The position numbers and the translations under genes were made by a program. Below the pieces are notes generated by a model. It was not told the DNA's origin and made no database searches. It saw nothing but the letters and a program-made list of their open reading frames with translations. From Azolla caroliniana (Eukaryota > Plantae > Polypodiophyta), in assembly GCA_043228905.1 (NCBI GenBank), contig JBHGNT010000020.1, positions 13,702,001 through 13,766,000 on the forward strand: a stretch of DNA of 64,000 nucleotides, given 5' to 3'. This document shows positions 10,474 to 23,139 of the stretch, one piece after another (within the stretch, counting starts at the first letter, position 1; every line of letters begins with the position of its first letter).

Positions 10474-11379
10474 TTGACCGTAGTTCGTCTCCAAATTTTG
10501 GCAGCATCTCTTCAAGATGCTCAAGGTCTCTTGCAACCTCTCCTCTGGCTATCATCCTTAGACCGATGGGCAGGCGGAACGATCAAACCAAATCAATATC
10601 TCGGGTGTTTCCTGAGTTATCAACAGGACGATTGGGCCGAGATTCTCCACTTTACGGAGTTTGCGTATAATAATGTTGTTCACTCCTCGACTCGAGTCTC
10701 CCCATTCTACGCTTATACCGGTTCTCATCCTCGTTGGTTAGTGATCGACACCCCGGAGCTACCTACCAATCCTCGTGCCGAGGATCATTTGGAGAGAATA
10801 CACAAGATCCAGATGGATCTCTCTACTCATCTTCGTCATGCTCAACAGACTCAAAAGACTTACGCGGATCATCATCGGCTTCCCTCCTCTTTTGCCATTG
10901 GAGATCAAGTATGGCTTTTACGTTGTCACATCAAGACTACCCGACCGTGCGACAAGCTGGATTATCGACGTCTCGGTCCTTTCCGTATTGCCGGTAAGGT
11001 TAATGATGTCATGTTCCGCCTTGATCTTCCTCCGCATCTTCGGATACATCCGGTCTTCCATAGTTCTCTTCTTGAACCTTATAAAGCAAAAACTATTCCC
11101 GATCGTGTTACACTACCGCCGCCCCCGCTTGAGTTAGACGCCGGCCCGGAGTATGAAGTTGCTGCCATCCTCGACTCCAAATTTGTTCGCAACAAACTTT
11201 ATTATTTGGTCGATTGGCTCGGCTATAGTCCGAGCGAACGTACTTGGGAGCCCGTCGAGCATGTCACCAATGCTCAGGATCTTCTTGCTGATTTTCACCG
11301 ACAGTATCCCAACAAACCCGGTCCTCAATCAGCATCGACTCATTCCACTCGTCGTCTTAAGAGGGGGATAGTGTCATGA
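10474..11379 (+). pseudogene. Tcn1 integrase C-terminal half with chromodomain
   Basis: EFAYNNVVHSSTRVSPFYAYTG, KLDYRRLGPF and IHPVFHSSLLEPY, followed by a chromodomain. Confidence 0.9.
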
Positions 11380-13275
11380 TATGGCAAGACTCGAACCCAT
11401 GACCTTATGGTATATGGGTCGAGCTCTTAACCATCACACCATCTATTGTAATTTGTAGAATATTATTTTCATTTATGTTTTATTATAAGAAATTAATGTA
11501 TATTCTAGATTTCTCTGGAACATTCTAGAAGCTTCAGGACTACTCCTGAGAGCACTATAAAAGGAGGTACAAGGCATTGTTTTGAACCAAATTGGTTCAA
11601 CACCAGTCTTAAGCCTCATAGCCACTTTGTACTTATCCTTCACATAATATATTAGCTGCTATCATCATCTCTCTCTCATCCTCGCTATCTCTCTCTCCTC
11701 TTCTCTCTTTCTCTCTCGGGAATCTTACGCAGTCCCGTCCTCTTAGTACTAATTTTACTTCTCTTCTTTAGTACTAATTCTCTCTCTACTTTAGTACTAT
11801 TCCTAACAATGGGAATCTAACAAGGCTCATCATGCTCTTCACAGGATCAAAACAACATTCTTAACCCACCATTCTTCTTTCTTGATCTCTCTTTTCTTTT
11901 CTATGATGCTTTCTTCTTGGTCATATGGAAATGGTATTACGTTTTCTTTTATTTTCTTTCTTCTTTATACCATGATACGATGTTAATCTACTTATGCATC
12001 GGGTCGAGTGTGTTTGCAATAATTGCACACGCTCAACTCATGACCCTTTTGCATATTGCGATGTATCTCAAACTCTCCCTTCTCTTGAGCCATTTCTTAC
12101 GATAATAATTATTCTTGTGCATCGGGTCGAGCGTGTTTGCCTAATCGCACACGCTCACCTCATGGCCCTTTTGCATATGATGTTGAATATGGCACCCTTC
12201 CCTTTATTGAGCCACCACTTGTCTGATTCTTGAGGAATAATGTGGTTGTCTTGAGGAGGTGTATGTCGAATACCCTAGGGTTTCTTACCTTAAGGCATGC
12301 ATAATGTTTCATACACCTAATGGATTATTATTCTAATTAATTTCTAATTACAAAAATTGTCGTTTCACTTCTCAAATTGTATGATTTTCTCGTAATTGTC
12401 ATTTACCCACCCATAATTAACTCTCTTTTTTCCCTTCTTTTTCATGTTTAAAGTATTGCGTTTACCTATCATGTAACGCTTCTGTGTAGATTATTTTTTC
12501 GTCTGGACTAGGCATCATGCCGCTTTTTGAACATTTTTTTCCAACGTGTCATCTAGGTTTAACTCATATTATTGAGCCTTACAACTCAAGTGAAACCACA
12601 TGAGTTTCCCTATTGATGTTTTAGTCATAAATTTGAGTACCTACATCTTTGCACACAATACCACCACCATTTGTATCAACTTGTGGCTTATGTCACAATT
12701 GAGCAAATTACAACCATCATAGTGGGATGTATATGTGCATATCTCACACCATCGATTTATTTGTGATTGTTTTTTCTTTTACCCTTGTTGTCGCCACTCC
12801 TTTACTCTTAGGGTAGAGAGTTATTTTATCGTTTTTATCATAACATTTGCTTGTTACTCGCAAGACTAGAATATTACTTGCTAGTGCACTTCTTTTTTCA
12901 TATAATACACTTTCTCGACCATATCAATACATGTTGGGTTGGCATTCTAATATAAGGCTAACTAGGAAACTACATTGATGTTAGAACCATGGTTGAGCCT
13001 CGGGGAGCCGCCATGATTACTCAAGATAGAGATCCGAGAAAGACATCTTAGCTATGTTTTCCCCCATGGTTTTGAAAACACCATAGTGTTACCATAGTTA
13101 TCGGATCTTGAATCACATCTCATATGTCTAGAGGAGTAAAGACGTGAGATGCTTTCTTGGTAAAGTTCTTCCGATCAAAATTTCAAGCATTCATTTTGCT
13201 GTGTATTTTCTGAACCTCCTTATTTATATTGTATACCCACAACTTGCTTCATGGAACACATTTTGAACGCAGTTC

Positions 13276-16200
13276 TGTTACCCGCCCGGCAAAGGAGTTA
13301 AAGACCAGAATGTGAAAGGGATTGTATATTCAGAATCTATTATAATTAAGTAGTTTATGAGACGTGAACGGACGGACTGGAATAGGTATGCCAATCCGGA
13401 TCCGGACTGGTTCCGAACAGGTGCTGGTTGGCACCGTTTTGTACTCAGCACCGGTGACCTATATAAAGGCTCGGTTACAATGTAAAACTTTGACGGATAA
13501 TTAATAGAGCTTCTTGTTTTATCTTTAAGTGTTGATTACCGTTCTGTGCTAATTGTTCTATCATACGCGTGTATCAAGATAAGAGTTTGCGTTGACGACC
13601 AAGGGATATAAGAACGAAAGAACCGAGGAGGCCATTAGCACTTGGCTTGGTCATTGGGAGTCTCACTTTGAGCTCCACCCCAAGCTCGATGCTGTAAAAA
13701 TAGGTTATGTCGGTCGTAAGTTAGGTGGCCGAGCTACTACTTGGTGGCACGAGCTAAGGATTGCAAAGAACTTACCCACATCTTGGGAATTGACTTACGA
13801 ACAAGTTATCATCAGATTCACATTGCCAAGAATGATATTCCTAAAACCGCTTTTCGTACGCATTATGGCCATTATGAGTTTTTAGTTGTACCTTTCGGGT
13901 TGACTAATGCTCCAGCCATATTCCAACAAGCGATGAATGGCGTTTTCCGAGATCAACTCGGTGATTTTGTTGTTGTCTTCTTGGATGATATTTTGATATA
14001 TACCTGTACCTTGCAAGATCATCTTCAACATGTTCAATTTGTTAAATGCGAAAGTTGCGTGACAACTCTTTCTATGCAAAACGTGCAAAATGTGTTTTTT
14101 TCCAAAAATCTATTGTGTACCGAGGTCATTTAATTATGTAAAATGGCGTTGAAATTGAAACTTCTTGTATTGAAAAGGTTAAACTTTGGCCCATTCCTCG
14201 TAATATTTGTGAACTTCGATCATTCTTAGGATTTTTTGGATTTTTACGAAAATCAATTCGTAATTATTCTAAATTGACTACGCCATTAACTGACATTTTA
14301 AAAGGTCATCCACGTAAGTCTATCAAACCAATTTTATGGAATGAACAACTCGACAAATCATTTAAGACACTCATAGAGCATGTGTGTCAGGCTCAAACTC
14401 TTCTTTTACCGGACCCTTCCAAGCCTTTCTCAATCGAAACCGATGCTAGTGATTATGCTATTGGTGTCATCCTTTATCAAGGCAGTCACCCTATTGATTT
14501 TGAAAGTAAAAAGCTTGATGCTACTCAATCTTGGTATTCGGTTCAAGAGAAAGAGTTGTTCGCGGTAATGCATGCACTAAAAACATGGGGGCATTATCTC
14601 TATGGAAATGAATTTGTGGTTATAACGGACCATCAATCCTTGAAGTATTTTTGTGACCACCCAGATCTTGTTGGTCATAAAGGCTGTTGGGTTGACCTTA
14701 TGCAAGATTTTGATTTTTTCCATACGTTATTGCAAGGGTTCTATGAGCACCATTGCGGATTGTTGAGAATCGAACTCAACTTCCCATAGAGAGAGTGTTC
14801 ACACTAGTCAGTGGACATCGTACTAGGATAGTTTTGTAATTAGTAGAAACTCTTGTTGGTATTTAAACTTGCCCCAGATCAGTTGGTATTTAAACCAACC
14901 TCTTGTAACTTAGTTACTGTTGGATTGAATATACATTTTCTTGTTTTAAGAGCTCTATCTCTCTCTCTCATTCTCTCTCTCTCTCTCGTGTCACATGCAC
15001 ATGCACATGCACACACACATAGTCCTTCCTTTGTGGAGAATAACTCTTGATTCTTTACATGGTATTAGAGCGCGTGGTAGCTTGATCCAAGCCCTTTGTC
15101 TTCATGCGTGTTGTGGTCAAGCTCATAGAGAACCAACTGATTGTTGTAGCAACGATTCCAGCACAGCTCACATCAAGAGTAGAAGAAGTTCGACAATGAA
15201 CACCCAGATGGGAAGCACTCTTCCCACCAGATGGGAAGTACTCCAGTCGACCCGGAATTGGCCGCACAAGAGATAGAAGACAAATTTCGACTCGGATACA
15301 TGTTCAAAGAAAGTTCGATTACGACAAGGCTTAGTGGACCATGGGAGCCCTCGAGCGACCAAAGTACATCTTGGCTGAGTCTGAAACTCGACAAAAAGAA
15401 GGCCAAGATGTCCAACTACGAAGATCCAATCGACAATGAGTCAACTCTATCCCTTGATAGGGAGTTCGAAGGCTTGGACATCGTGACCACCCAGACAAAT
15501 GGAGCAAAGAAAGCATTAGTTTCCTCGAACGAGAAGCTATGCCAGTCCACCCATGAAAAGAACCCTCTAAGCCGATTCGGCTACAATCAGTACATGGCGT
15601 ATCATTGCGCCTTTGTGATGATTCAGATAGTGACTGTCCGAGAACCGGAAACACTTTCCGAAGCCCTGAAGGAACCGCGATGGGTCGACGAGATGAATGA
15701 ACAAATGCAGGCCTTGTGCAAAAACGAGACCTGGGATCTTGTTCCCCATTCACCTCACTGGAAAGCAATTGGTTGCAGATGGATCTATAAGGTCAAATAC
15801 AATGCTGATGGCTCTGTAAATCACTTCAAAGAATGACTCGTCGCAAAAGGATACGCACAATCGCACGGAGTTGATTACGAGGAGAACTTTGCCCCGATGG
15901 CAAAGATGACAACTGTGCAGACCGTAATTGCACTCGCAACCACGAAGGGGTGGCATCTCCACCAAATGGATGTCAAGAACGCCTTTCTTCAAGGCGAATT
16001 GGAAGAGGAGGTGTATATGATACAACCACCCGGTTTCGAATCGTGTACTCATCTGAAAGTCGTGTGCCGACTCAAAAAGCCGATCCACGGCCTCAAGCAA
16101 GCACCCTATGCTTGGTATTCGAAGATCACTTAGTATCTTTACCAAATGGGCTTTTGAATGGCGAAATTAGACAACCCATGTACATCCGAAACGAGCCGCA

Positions 16201-17400
16201 CAACCCGATTGTCATTATCCTATACGTGGATGATCTAGTAATCGGGGGAAAGGATCTCACTGAGATCATCAAGGTCAAATCACTCCTATCAGTCCGATTT
16301 GAAATGAAAGACTTGCACTAGCTCCATTACTTCCTTGGCATCGAACTAATTCGAACACCAGTCGGGACATTGATCTCTCAACGGTACTACGTTGTCACCT
16401 TACTCTACATGTTTGAAATGACCGAGTGCAAACCCGTGTCTACCCTTCTTGACCGAAATCTCAAGCTCGATGTCGATACGAGCACAACCGAGTGCGATCC
16501 AACTCAGTATCGACAACTGATCGGATGCTTGATTTATCTAACCATTACACGACCCGACCTCAACTATTCAGTTGGCCTACTTAGGCAATTTATGCAGAAC
16601 CCACGAAATGATCATCTCGATTGTGCTAATAGGATATTTAGTTATGTTAGTACGACGATGGATTACGACATCATGTATAAGTCGAATACGCTTATTCGAC
16701 TGGAAGGGTACACAGACACAAATTGTGCCGGTTATAAGGCCGTTGGACGATCCATTTCCAGATTCCTCTTCTCCCTCGGCAGCGGAGCGATCTCCTGGAG
16801 CAGCAAGAAGCAACTGACAGTCACCCTATCGTGCTCAGAGGCCGAATACATGGGCGCAGTAGTCGCAACATGAAAAGTTGTCTTGCTAAAACGCAGTTTG
16901 AAGAACCTAGGTGTTCGCATCACAGATCCAATTCACCTCTTTTGCAATAACATGAGCAACATCTACGTCGCTCGAAACACAGTATTCCACGCATGGACTA
17001 AACACATCGAACGGGCATGTTGAGAATCAAACTCAACTTCCCATAGAGAGTGTTCACACTAGTTAGTGGACATCGGACTAGGATAGTTTTGTAATTAGTA
17101 GAAACTTGGGCACTTGCCCTAGATGAGTTGGTATTTAAACCAACCTCTTCTAACCTAGTTATTGTTGGATGTAATATACAATTTCTTGTTTTAAGAGCTC
17201 TCTCCCTCTCTCTCTCCCTCTCTCTCTCTTCTCTCACGTGCACATGCACACACACACACAGTCCTTCCTCTGCGCAGAATCACTCTCAATTCTTTACACG
17301 GATGCACTTAGTCGCATTAAAGAAGTTAACATGCTTAGTTTCACGGAAATAAAATCTGATCTCTTAGATCACCTCCTCGAATAAAACGCACATTCGTTCT
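13276..17400 (+). mobile_element. Decayed Ty3/gypsy element (LTR-like start, gag fragment, RT, RNase H), interrupted by a copia element
   Basis: [44 protein letters not shown] and IETDASDYAIG..EKELFAV..TDHQSL. Removing the copia and one TSD restores TIADALSRIKEV. Confidence 0.85.
14761..17298 (+). mobile_element. Ty1/copia LTR retrotransposon, internally deleted
   Basis: LTRs at 14761-15059 and 17018-17298, TSD CGGAT, PBS TGGTATTAGAGC (iMet type). RT motifs QMDVKNAFLQG and LYVDDL; RH motif GAISWSSKKQ..EAEY. Most of gag, protease and integrase is missing. Confidence 0.95.
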
Positions 17401-17539
17401 AATCTCGAGTAATTTTTCCTAGCCTAACATGCGCTCTGGTGTGCATAAATACGTGACTCAATGCTTACAATGTCAGATTAATATGTTGGAACGATTTAAA
17501 GCTACTAGTCTTTTACATCCCTTAGATATTCCGAACAAC

Positions 17540-19400
17540 AAATGGGAAATTATCTCGATGGATTTTATTGTTTGAGCTCATCTTCTCCTATACCTCATGG
17601 GAATAACGACTCATGTGAAGAGTTCTCCATCGAAGAATATAATGTCAATAAAGATATAGACAATGAAGGTAATGCCAACGAAACATCGAAGTTCATGGGC
17701 GGTCAACCTAACAACAACGTAATTGACTCTAATGTGGTTGCCCCTATTTCTATTCAAGAAAAGAAATCGAGAAGCCCTATTCAAGAAGAATCCCACGTAG
17801 AATTAGTTTGGCCAGATTTAACTTAGTGACATCAGATATGCAACTTGGATTTGATGTCAACAAAATATTTTGTGCTCGTGGTTGTCTGTCAATGATTGGG
17901 AAAGCAACATTGCGAGTATTAAGGCGTTACTATTTTTAGATGACTGGTGATCAGCAAGACACTTACCTCGTCTTACATATGTAATTGGTGTCTGACAACT
18001 CTTCGGGGATCAAAGTATCATTCGAGTATTATATCTTCCCTGTGCAAAAACAATATGTAGAGTTGCATTCAAAATTGAGCTATGTGTTAGTAAAATGCAG
18101 CTACATAGAGTACAACAACGTCTTCTTAGTGGGGATCAGACTGTCAATTGTAAAGAGGTTCCAAGTATGAAAGGTGCCATTGGAAGACATGCTATTGGTT
18201 GGATGAAAATTTACTTTCAGTTAAATTATGAAGTAGTCCCACTACAAGCAGGAGTCACCTCTTTGATAATAACACATGTTCAGAAGTTTTGATGTCTTGG
18301 GGCGAGCCGTTCCCCCGTGTTCTCTACATTCAATTGGACAATACTGGTAGAGAGAACAAAAATTCAACTGTGTTTGGCTATCTAAGTACGTTGGTCAAGC
18401 AAGGATTGTTTAGAAAAGTGAAAGTCAATTTTCTTTTGGTTGGCCACACACATGATCATATAGATTAGATGTTTTAGCACATTCTCCAGACATTTGTCTC
18501 GGCATGATGCTTTTACGTTACCTACACTATTTGATTTCATTTGTGATGCATACACACCACCCCCAAAAGTGTTACACTTGAAGGAGGTATATGACTTTAA
18601 GATATATATATATATTAGATGGGGGTGTTGGGAATGTTAAAGTACTCGCCCAGTTAAACAATATAAGCTTCAATCACATTTTTATGATAAAGAAAAATGA
18701 AATAAGTGGTTCTACGCTTATGTATGCCAAGCAATATTCATCTTCTCCAAAATGGGAACTTGAAGGCGGTTGCCAATTCTTACTTTGTATGCCGAGTATA
18801 ATAACTTTCTATGGAGCTAAACAAATGCCAATTGAGAAGAAAGGACAATTGCATAATGACTTGGTAGAAGAACAAAAACACTTATGGATCCAAGCCTTAA
18901 CAGAAAAAAGGAAGCATATTGTGGCTGCAAAGAAATATGCTGCATAACAAGACACGTCATGGTGGGATGTATTCTTTAGTGATGAGGAAGGAATTAGTGA
19001 AAAATTGTGTATCTGGTGATAATTGGACTTTGGAAATGCCATTCACATGGTCGCTACAACAGGATCGTGTAAATAAAACTGCGGAGCAACCAACTAACGC
19101 GATTAAATTTGACAATTTGGTCCATCCACAACAAAGAGACATTTATGTGGGACTAAGCATGACCAAAGCAGCTGAAGCTAGATGCGAAGGCAATTTGCAA
19201 GAGCTCATGGTGGGGATGTTGATTGCAACACCTGTTGATGACAACTCACAAGGCCACCAATTTTAGATTGGTAAAATTGTAGAAGTGCCAATGCATGAAA
19301 TAGAAAACACGATCAAGTCTATAAAAGTGTATTGGTACAAGACTAGAAGTGAAAATGCTTTTACAGGTAAGTATACATTGAAGATGATTAAATGCCCACT
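17540..19400 (+). mobile_element. Degenerate Sola-like (DUF7869-type) DNA transposase
   Basis: 18322-18474 translates LYIQLDNTGRENKNSTVFGYLSTLVKQGLFRKVKVNFLLVGHTHDHID*MF. Upstream are Cys-containing and W..YF segments. Multiple stops are present. Confidence 0.65.
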
Positions 19401-19629
19401 TATTGTTTTGATTTCTTTCAATTCCCATGAATATCATTTCTTATAAAAGAAAAAAACATTGGCCGTAAAGTTTGTGATATAAATTGAGAATGTAGCTTTT
19501 TGAAATTTCAGTTTTTAAATTTATTTTTAAGTCACGAAAATGGTAGATTTTTAACCTTTTTCATAGTATATTTGAGAGTGTATGATACTGGTATCAATGT
19601 GTTTAGTAATATCACAGAAAAAGTACTCA

Positions 19630-19826
19630 AAAGGGCATATATACAAAGAAAAGGGCATATATACATACATACATACATTTCTCCTTGTAGTCCAACGTCT
19701 ATATACTTGTGTTCACACACACACACACACACACACAAAAGACACACGCCAAGGAAAAACAACATACAAAGAAAAGGGCATATATACATACATTTCTCCT
19801 TCTAGTCCAACGTCTTGATACCAGTG

Positions 19827-19860
<34 letters not shown>

Positions 19861-20405
19861 ACACACAAAAGACACACACCAAGGAAAAACAACATACAAA
19901 GAAAACGGCATATATACATGATATATATAATTATAAACTTTATAGCTTTTTCTTTTGGCCCTAAGCCAATTCAGCGCTCAACCGACTCCCAATCGGCTGT
20001 ATGCTCAGCCGACTCTCAATCGGCCCTTGGGCTCTCAGCCGATTCCATGTTTTGGGCTCCACTTGAGTGGATAGGCCCAACACAATATGGCGTCTAAACA
20101 CACACATACACCCACCTTACACACACAATCACGCACATTGTATCCTACTCCAAAAAACACGTTAAAAGCGTAATGGAGAGAAAATAACCGATCGTGCGGT
20201 TGAGATTAGATCCGTGGAGGAGTGTTCCCCGGTCCGATGGTTGACACGTGGGATATCAATTGGAACCTAATAAAAAGAAATACATAATTATAATATTAAC
20301 ACATATTAAACAAAAAGTCTGCGTGTTTGTGTATGTATATATATAAGAAATGAGAGGCCCCAAGTTTCTTCATTCTTCATTCGATTATTCAAGTAGCAGC
20401 AGCAG
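19630..20405 (+). promoter_or_regulatory. Orphan duplicate of the aspartic protease promoter/5'UTR
   Basis: Collinear with about 26197-26817, including G-box GACACGTG, TATA tract and GATTATTCAAG.AGCAGCAG. It ends about 30 bp before the position of the ATG. Confidence 0.8.
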
Positions 20406-21598
20406 TCGGTGGAGCATACAATCTTGTCGTGGGCGGCGATAAATTGGAAAAACGAGATGAGTTGGGAGGAGTTGTTGGCGGCACGAATACGACAGCTCGA
20501 GCGGAGGCCGAAGGACATGGATTGGGCAAGGGAGACGTTGCGTACGGCAAGGGAAATGAACAAAGGCTGGTTCGACCGGATGCACCGGTTGCGACCGAAG
20601 AAGATCGAGGAAGGTGATTGGGTGCTGGTGTATGATAGTAGCGTCGATAATCAGCACAAGGCGGTGCGTAAGTTTTCGAAGAGATGGTTCAGGCCCTACA
20701 CGGTGATAAGTGCGAACGATAATGGCACGTATCATCTTGCGGAGCTCGACGGGCGCGGCTGGCGGTGCTGGTAGCCGGTAAGCGGGTCAAGGCGTTCAAG
20801 AAGCGGTACGATGACGAGCCGGTTCTGGAGGGCGTGGATGACAGTAACGATCGGATTGGAGGATGCGAGGATTCGGAGAGCAAGGAGTGAACACAAGCGG
20901 TTTTCTCCGGTGGCTGTCCTAGCGCGTGCCGGTGGACACGCAATTTGGTGGGGGTGGATGTCGTGGAGAAAACCGGCCATAGAAGAAATCCAAGGGATAC
21001 GCGTGAATTGGCCCTTACCCGTGTGCACATGATTTATTAACTTGTACATGTTTAGGATTTATTCGACTGATGTGAATATATACTAGGTTGTGTACATTAG
21101 CTACCTAGGAATTCAGTGTGAATCTCTGTAACGGTCTCTCCTTGGTTGCCTATATAAGGGGAGGGGAGAAGACCAAATATATATCGCGTTTTTGGGGGGA
21201 GGACGAAGTGTTGTCGGTTCGGGAACTGAGCTCTCTCTCCTCCATCTGTCTTCAGTTGTCATCTGCAGATCTCCGTGGCGGTCACCACAATCTTTTTTGT
21301 TTCCTCTTGGGTTAGATACCGGCTACCAGTTGTAATCTTGGGTTCTTTATAATCTTCTTTATTCGTTAAAGTCATTTTTGTGTCTCCGCGTCTCTGCAAT
21401 TTTCCCTTTCCGCAAGCGTGAACCTTAGTTGGTTGGTGCATTCGTCTGGAATTCGTCTCGTGGGTGGGTGCTTCAGTAGGGAACAAGCCTAGTCGGCTGA
21501 CGTGTTCGTATCTCTCTTCCTCGCCACAATCTTGCTCCTCGGTTCAGGGCCTCTGGGGTCCCGCCTTGGTTCTCCCGCGTGAACGGAACAACACGACA
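20406..21598 (+). mobile_element. 3' end of a gypsy element (integrase C-terminus, PPT, 3' LTR), related to the 2719 family
   Basis: IEEGDWVLVYDSSVDNQHKAVRKFSKRWFRPYTV..NGTYHLAELDG, PPT TTGGTGGGGGTGGA, and LTR 20959-21598 with TGTCGTG...CACGACA ends. Confidence 0.85.
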
Positions 21599-21926
21599 GT
21601 GTTGCTGGCTGGTTCGGATCCGGATGGTGTCTGGGTCAGACCTTGCCAACCGGTTCCGGTTTCTCTCCGGATGTGATCGGTGACTGCTTGCGAAGTGAGA
21701 AGGCATGCACCCATCCTTACCACCCTCTTATCTATATGTACAAGGGCCCCAAAACAAAGGAGGCACGGTCACGGCCCAGTTAACTGCGCCCGTGCATACG
21801 CACGCACACATATACACTCGGTTACATCCGGCTCCTCTACACCAGCAACCACGCACGCACCTGAGACCAAACCCTAAGCTACCCTGGGGCTCGTACACGC
21901 ACACACACACATGCCGCCTGCTACAG

Positions 21927-22691
21927 TGTCGTTTTAGCATAGAGAGGAAGAGGGAGCCTACATCCCAGGACCGGTCGGGGCACCCAGGCTTGTTCACACG
22001 ACAGGGTCCTCATGTAGGGCACGCCTCTTCTCAGAATGACCGCCTCCTGTCGCCAAGCTGCCTACTAGAAGCTCACGAGCCGACCGGTATGAGTGGGGTC
22101 TTGCACAACAAGGAGGGGAGTCTACCAAAGAACTGCCTAGCACACAGGCTCGCCGCAAGCAATAGGAACCAACACCACCGCACACCCACACACACCAAAG
22201 TGCGTCCTGGCACAAACCCACAAAGAGACCTACAAGAACCAGAGATAGCCCGCGCACTGTCTACCGCCTAGCCGCACTCACTCACCCACATCCATAGACG
22301 AACTCACACCCTAACCCTAGCAAAGAATAGAAACAAGAACACCCCTAAAAGAGACAGAAAGAACCGAAACTGAACACAACGAAAGAAACTACTATTATAT
22401 TACAACAAGAACGGAACCCAACGGGTGGGAACCTTGTGGAACCTCCAAAACCAGGAACCCCTTTACAAAGGGTGCGCCCTCCCTTTTATAGAACAAGGTG
22501 AGGTCGCGTTTCTATGTGGATAAATCCCGATTTACATGGGATACTCTGTCCTGACTTTATTACCATTCGGCGCCATAAAGGCGCCCCTAACTCCTATGCT
22601 AATTTTGTACGAGGGTGCGTGCATATGCTGCACCCCGCTGATTCCTTCAATATCTCACGATTTCTCACCGTAGCCCGGAATCTTCACGACA
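21927..22691 (-). mobile_element. Solo-LTR-like copy of the 2719 LTR family
   Basis: Minus strand begins TGTCGTGAAGA and shares GCGGGGTGCA..TGCAC..CCCTCGT, CCCATGTAAATCGGGATTTATC and TTGTTCTATAAAAGG with the 2719 LTR. The end at ...AAAACGACA is tentative. No TSD. Confidence 0.7.
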
Positions 22692-23139
22692 CCGTATTTG
22701 GGACCCACACCGCCAAATCCGTTTCGCGTCGAGAAATCTAATACGAACATTTGTTTATGCAACGACCAGTAAATGCGACCCACTGGTAAAAAAAAAGAAA
22801 AGAGGATAGTCGAGACTATTAAAGGGACTACATGCATACACACTTTTCAAGAAAAGGAGAACATGCGTTTGCACAATTATTCACAGACCCAGGATTCTAA
22901 CTCACAAAAAGAAGAGAACAAACAATTTTCTGCACATCACAGAAAACGACCTCATGCATTCTGCTCTCCTCACACTCCTCGATCCCCTCGCTCCCCACCT
23001 TACCTGAGGCACCAAAGACGGATTAGCTTGCAATCCTTACCCCCTAGTCGTTCTCCCCACCTTAATTGAGGCACCAAAGATGGATCAACTTGCGATCCTT
23101 GTCCCCTAGTCGTTCTCCCCACGCATCTTACCGAGACAA

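Larger units (their letters stand above)
8564..11808 (+). mobile_element. Tcn1-clade chromovirus (Ty3/gypsy), internally deleted
   Basis: LTRs at 8564-8980 and 11372-11808 (TGTCA...TGACA/TAACA), 5-bp TSD ATGGG on both sides, PPT AAGAGGGGGATAG. Contains gag (KFDGTQSQFRGFLNQVRL..LRQG), protease LLDSGA, integrase C-terminus with GPF motif and chromodomain (EYEVAAILDS..YYLVDWLGY..TWEP). RT and RH are absent. Confidence 0.95.
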
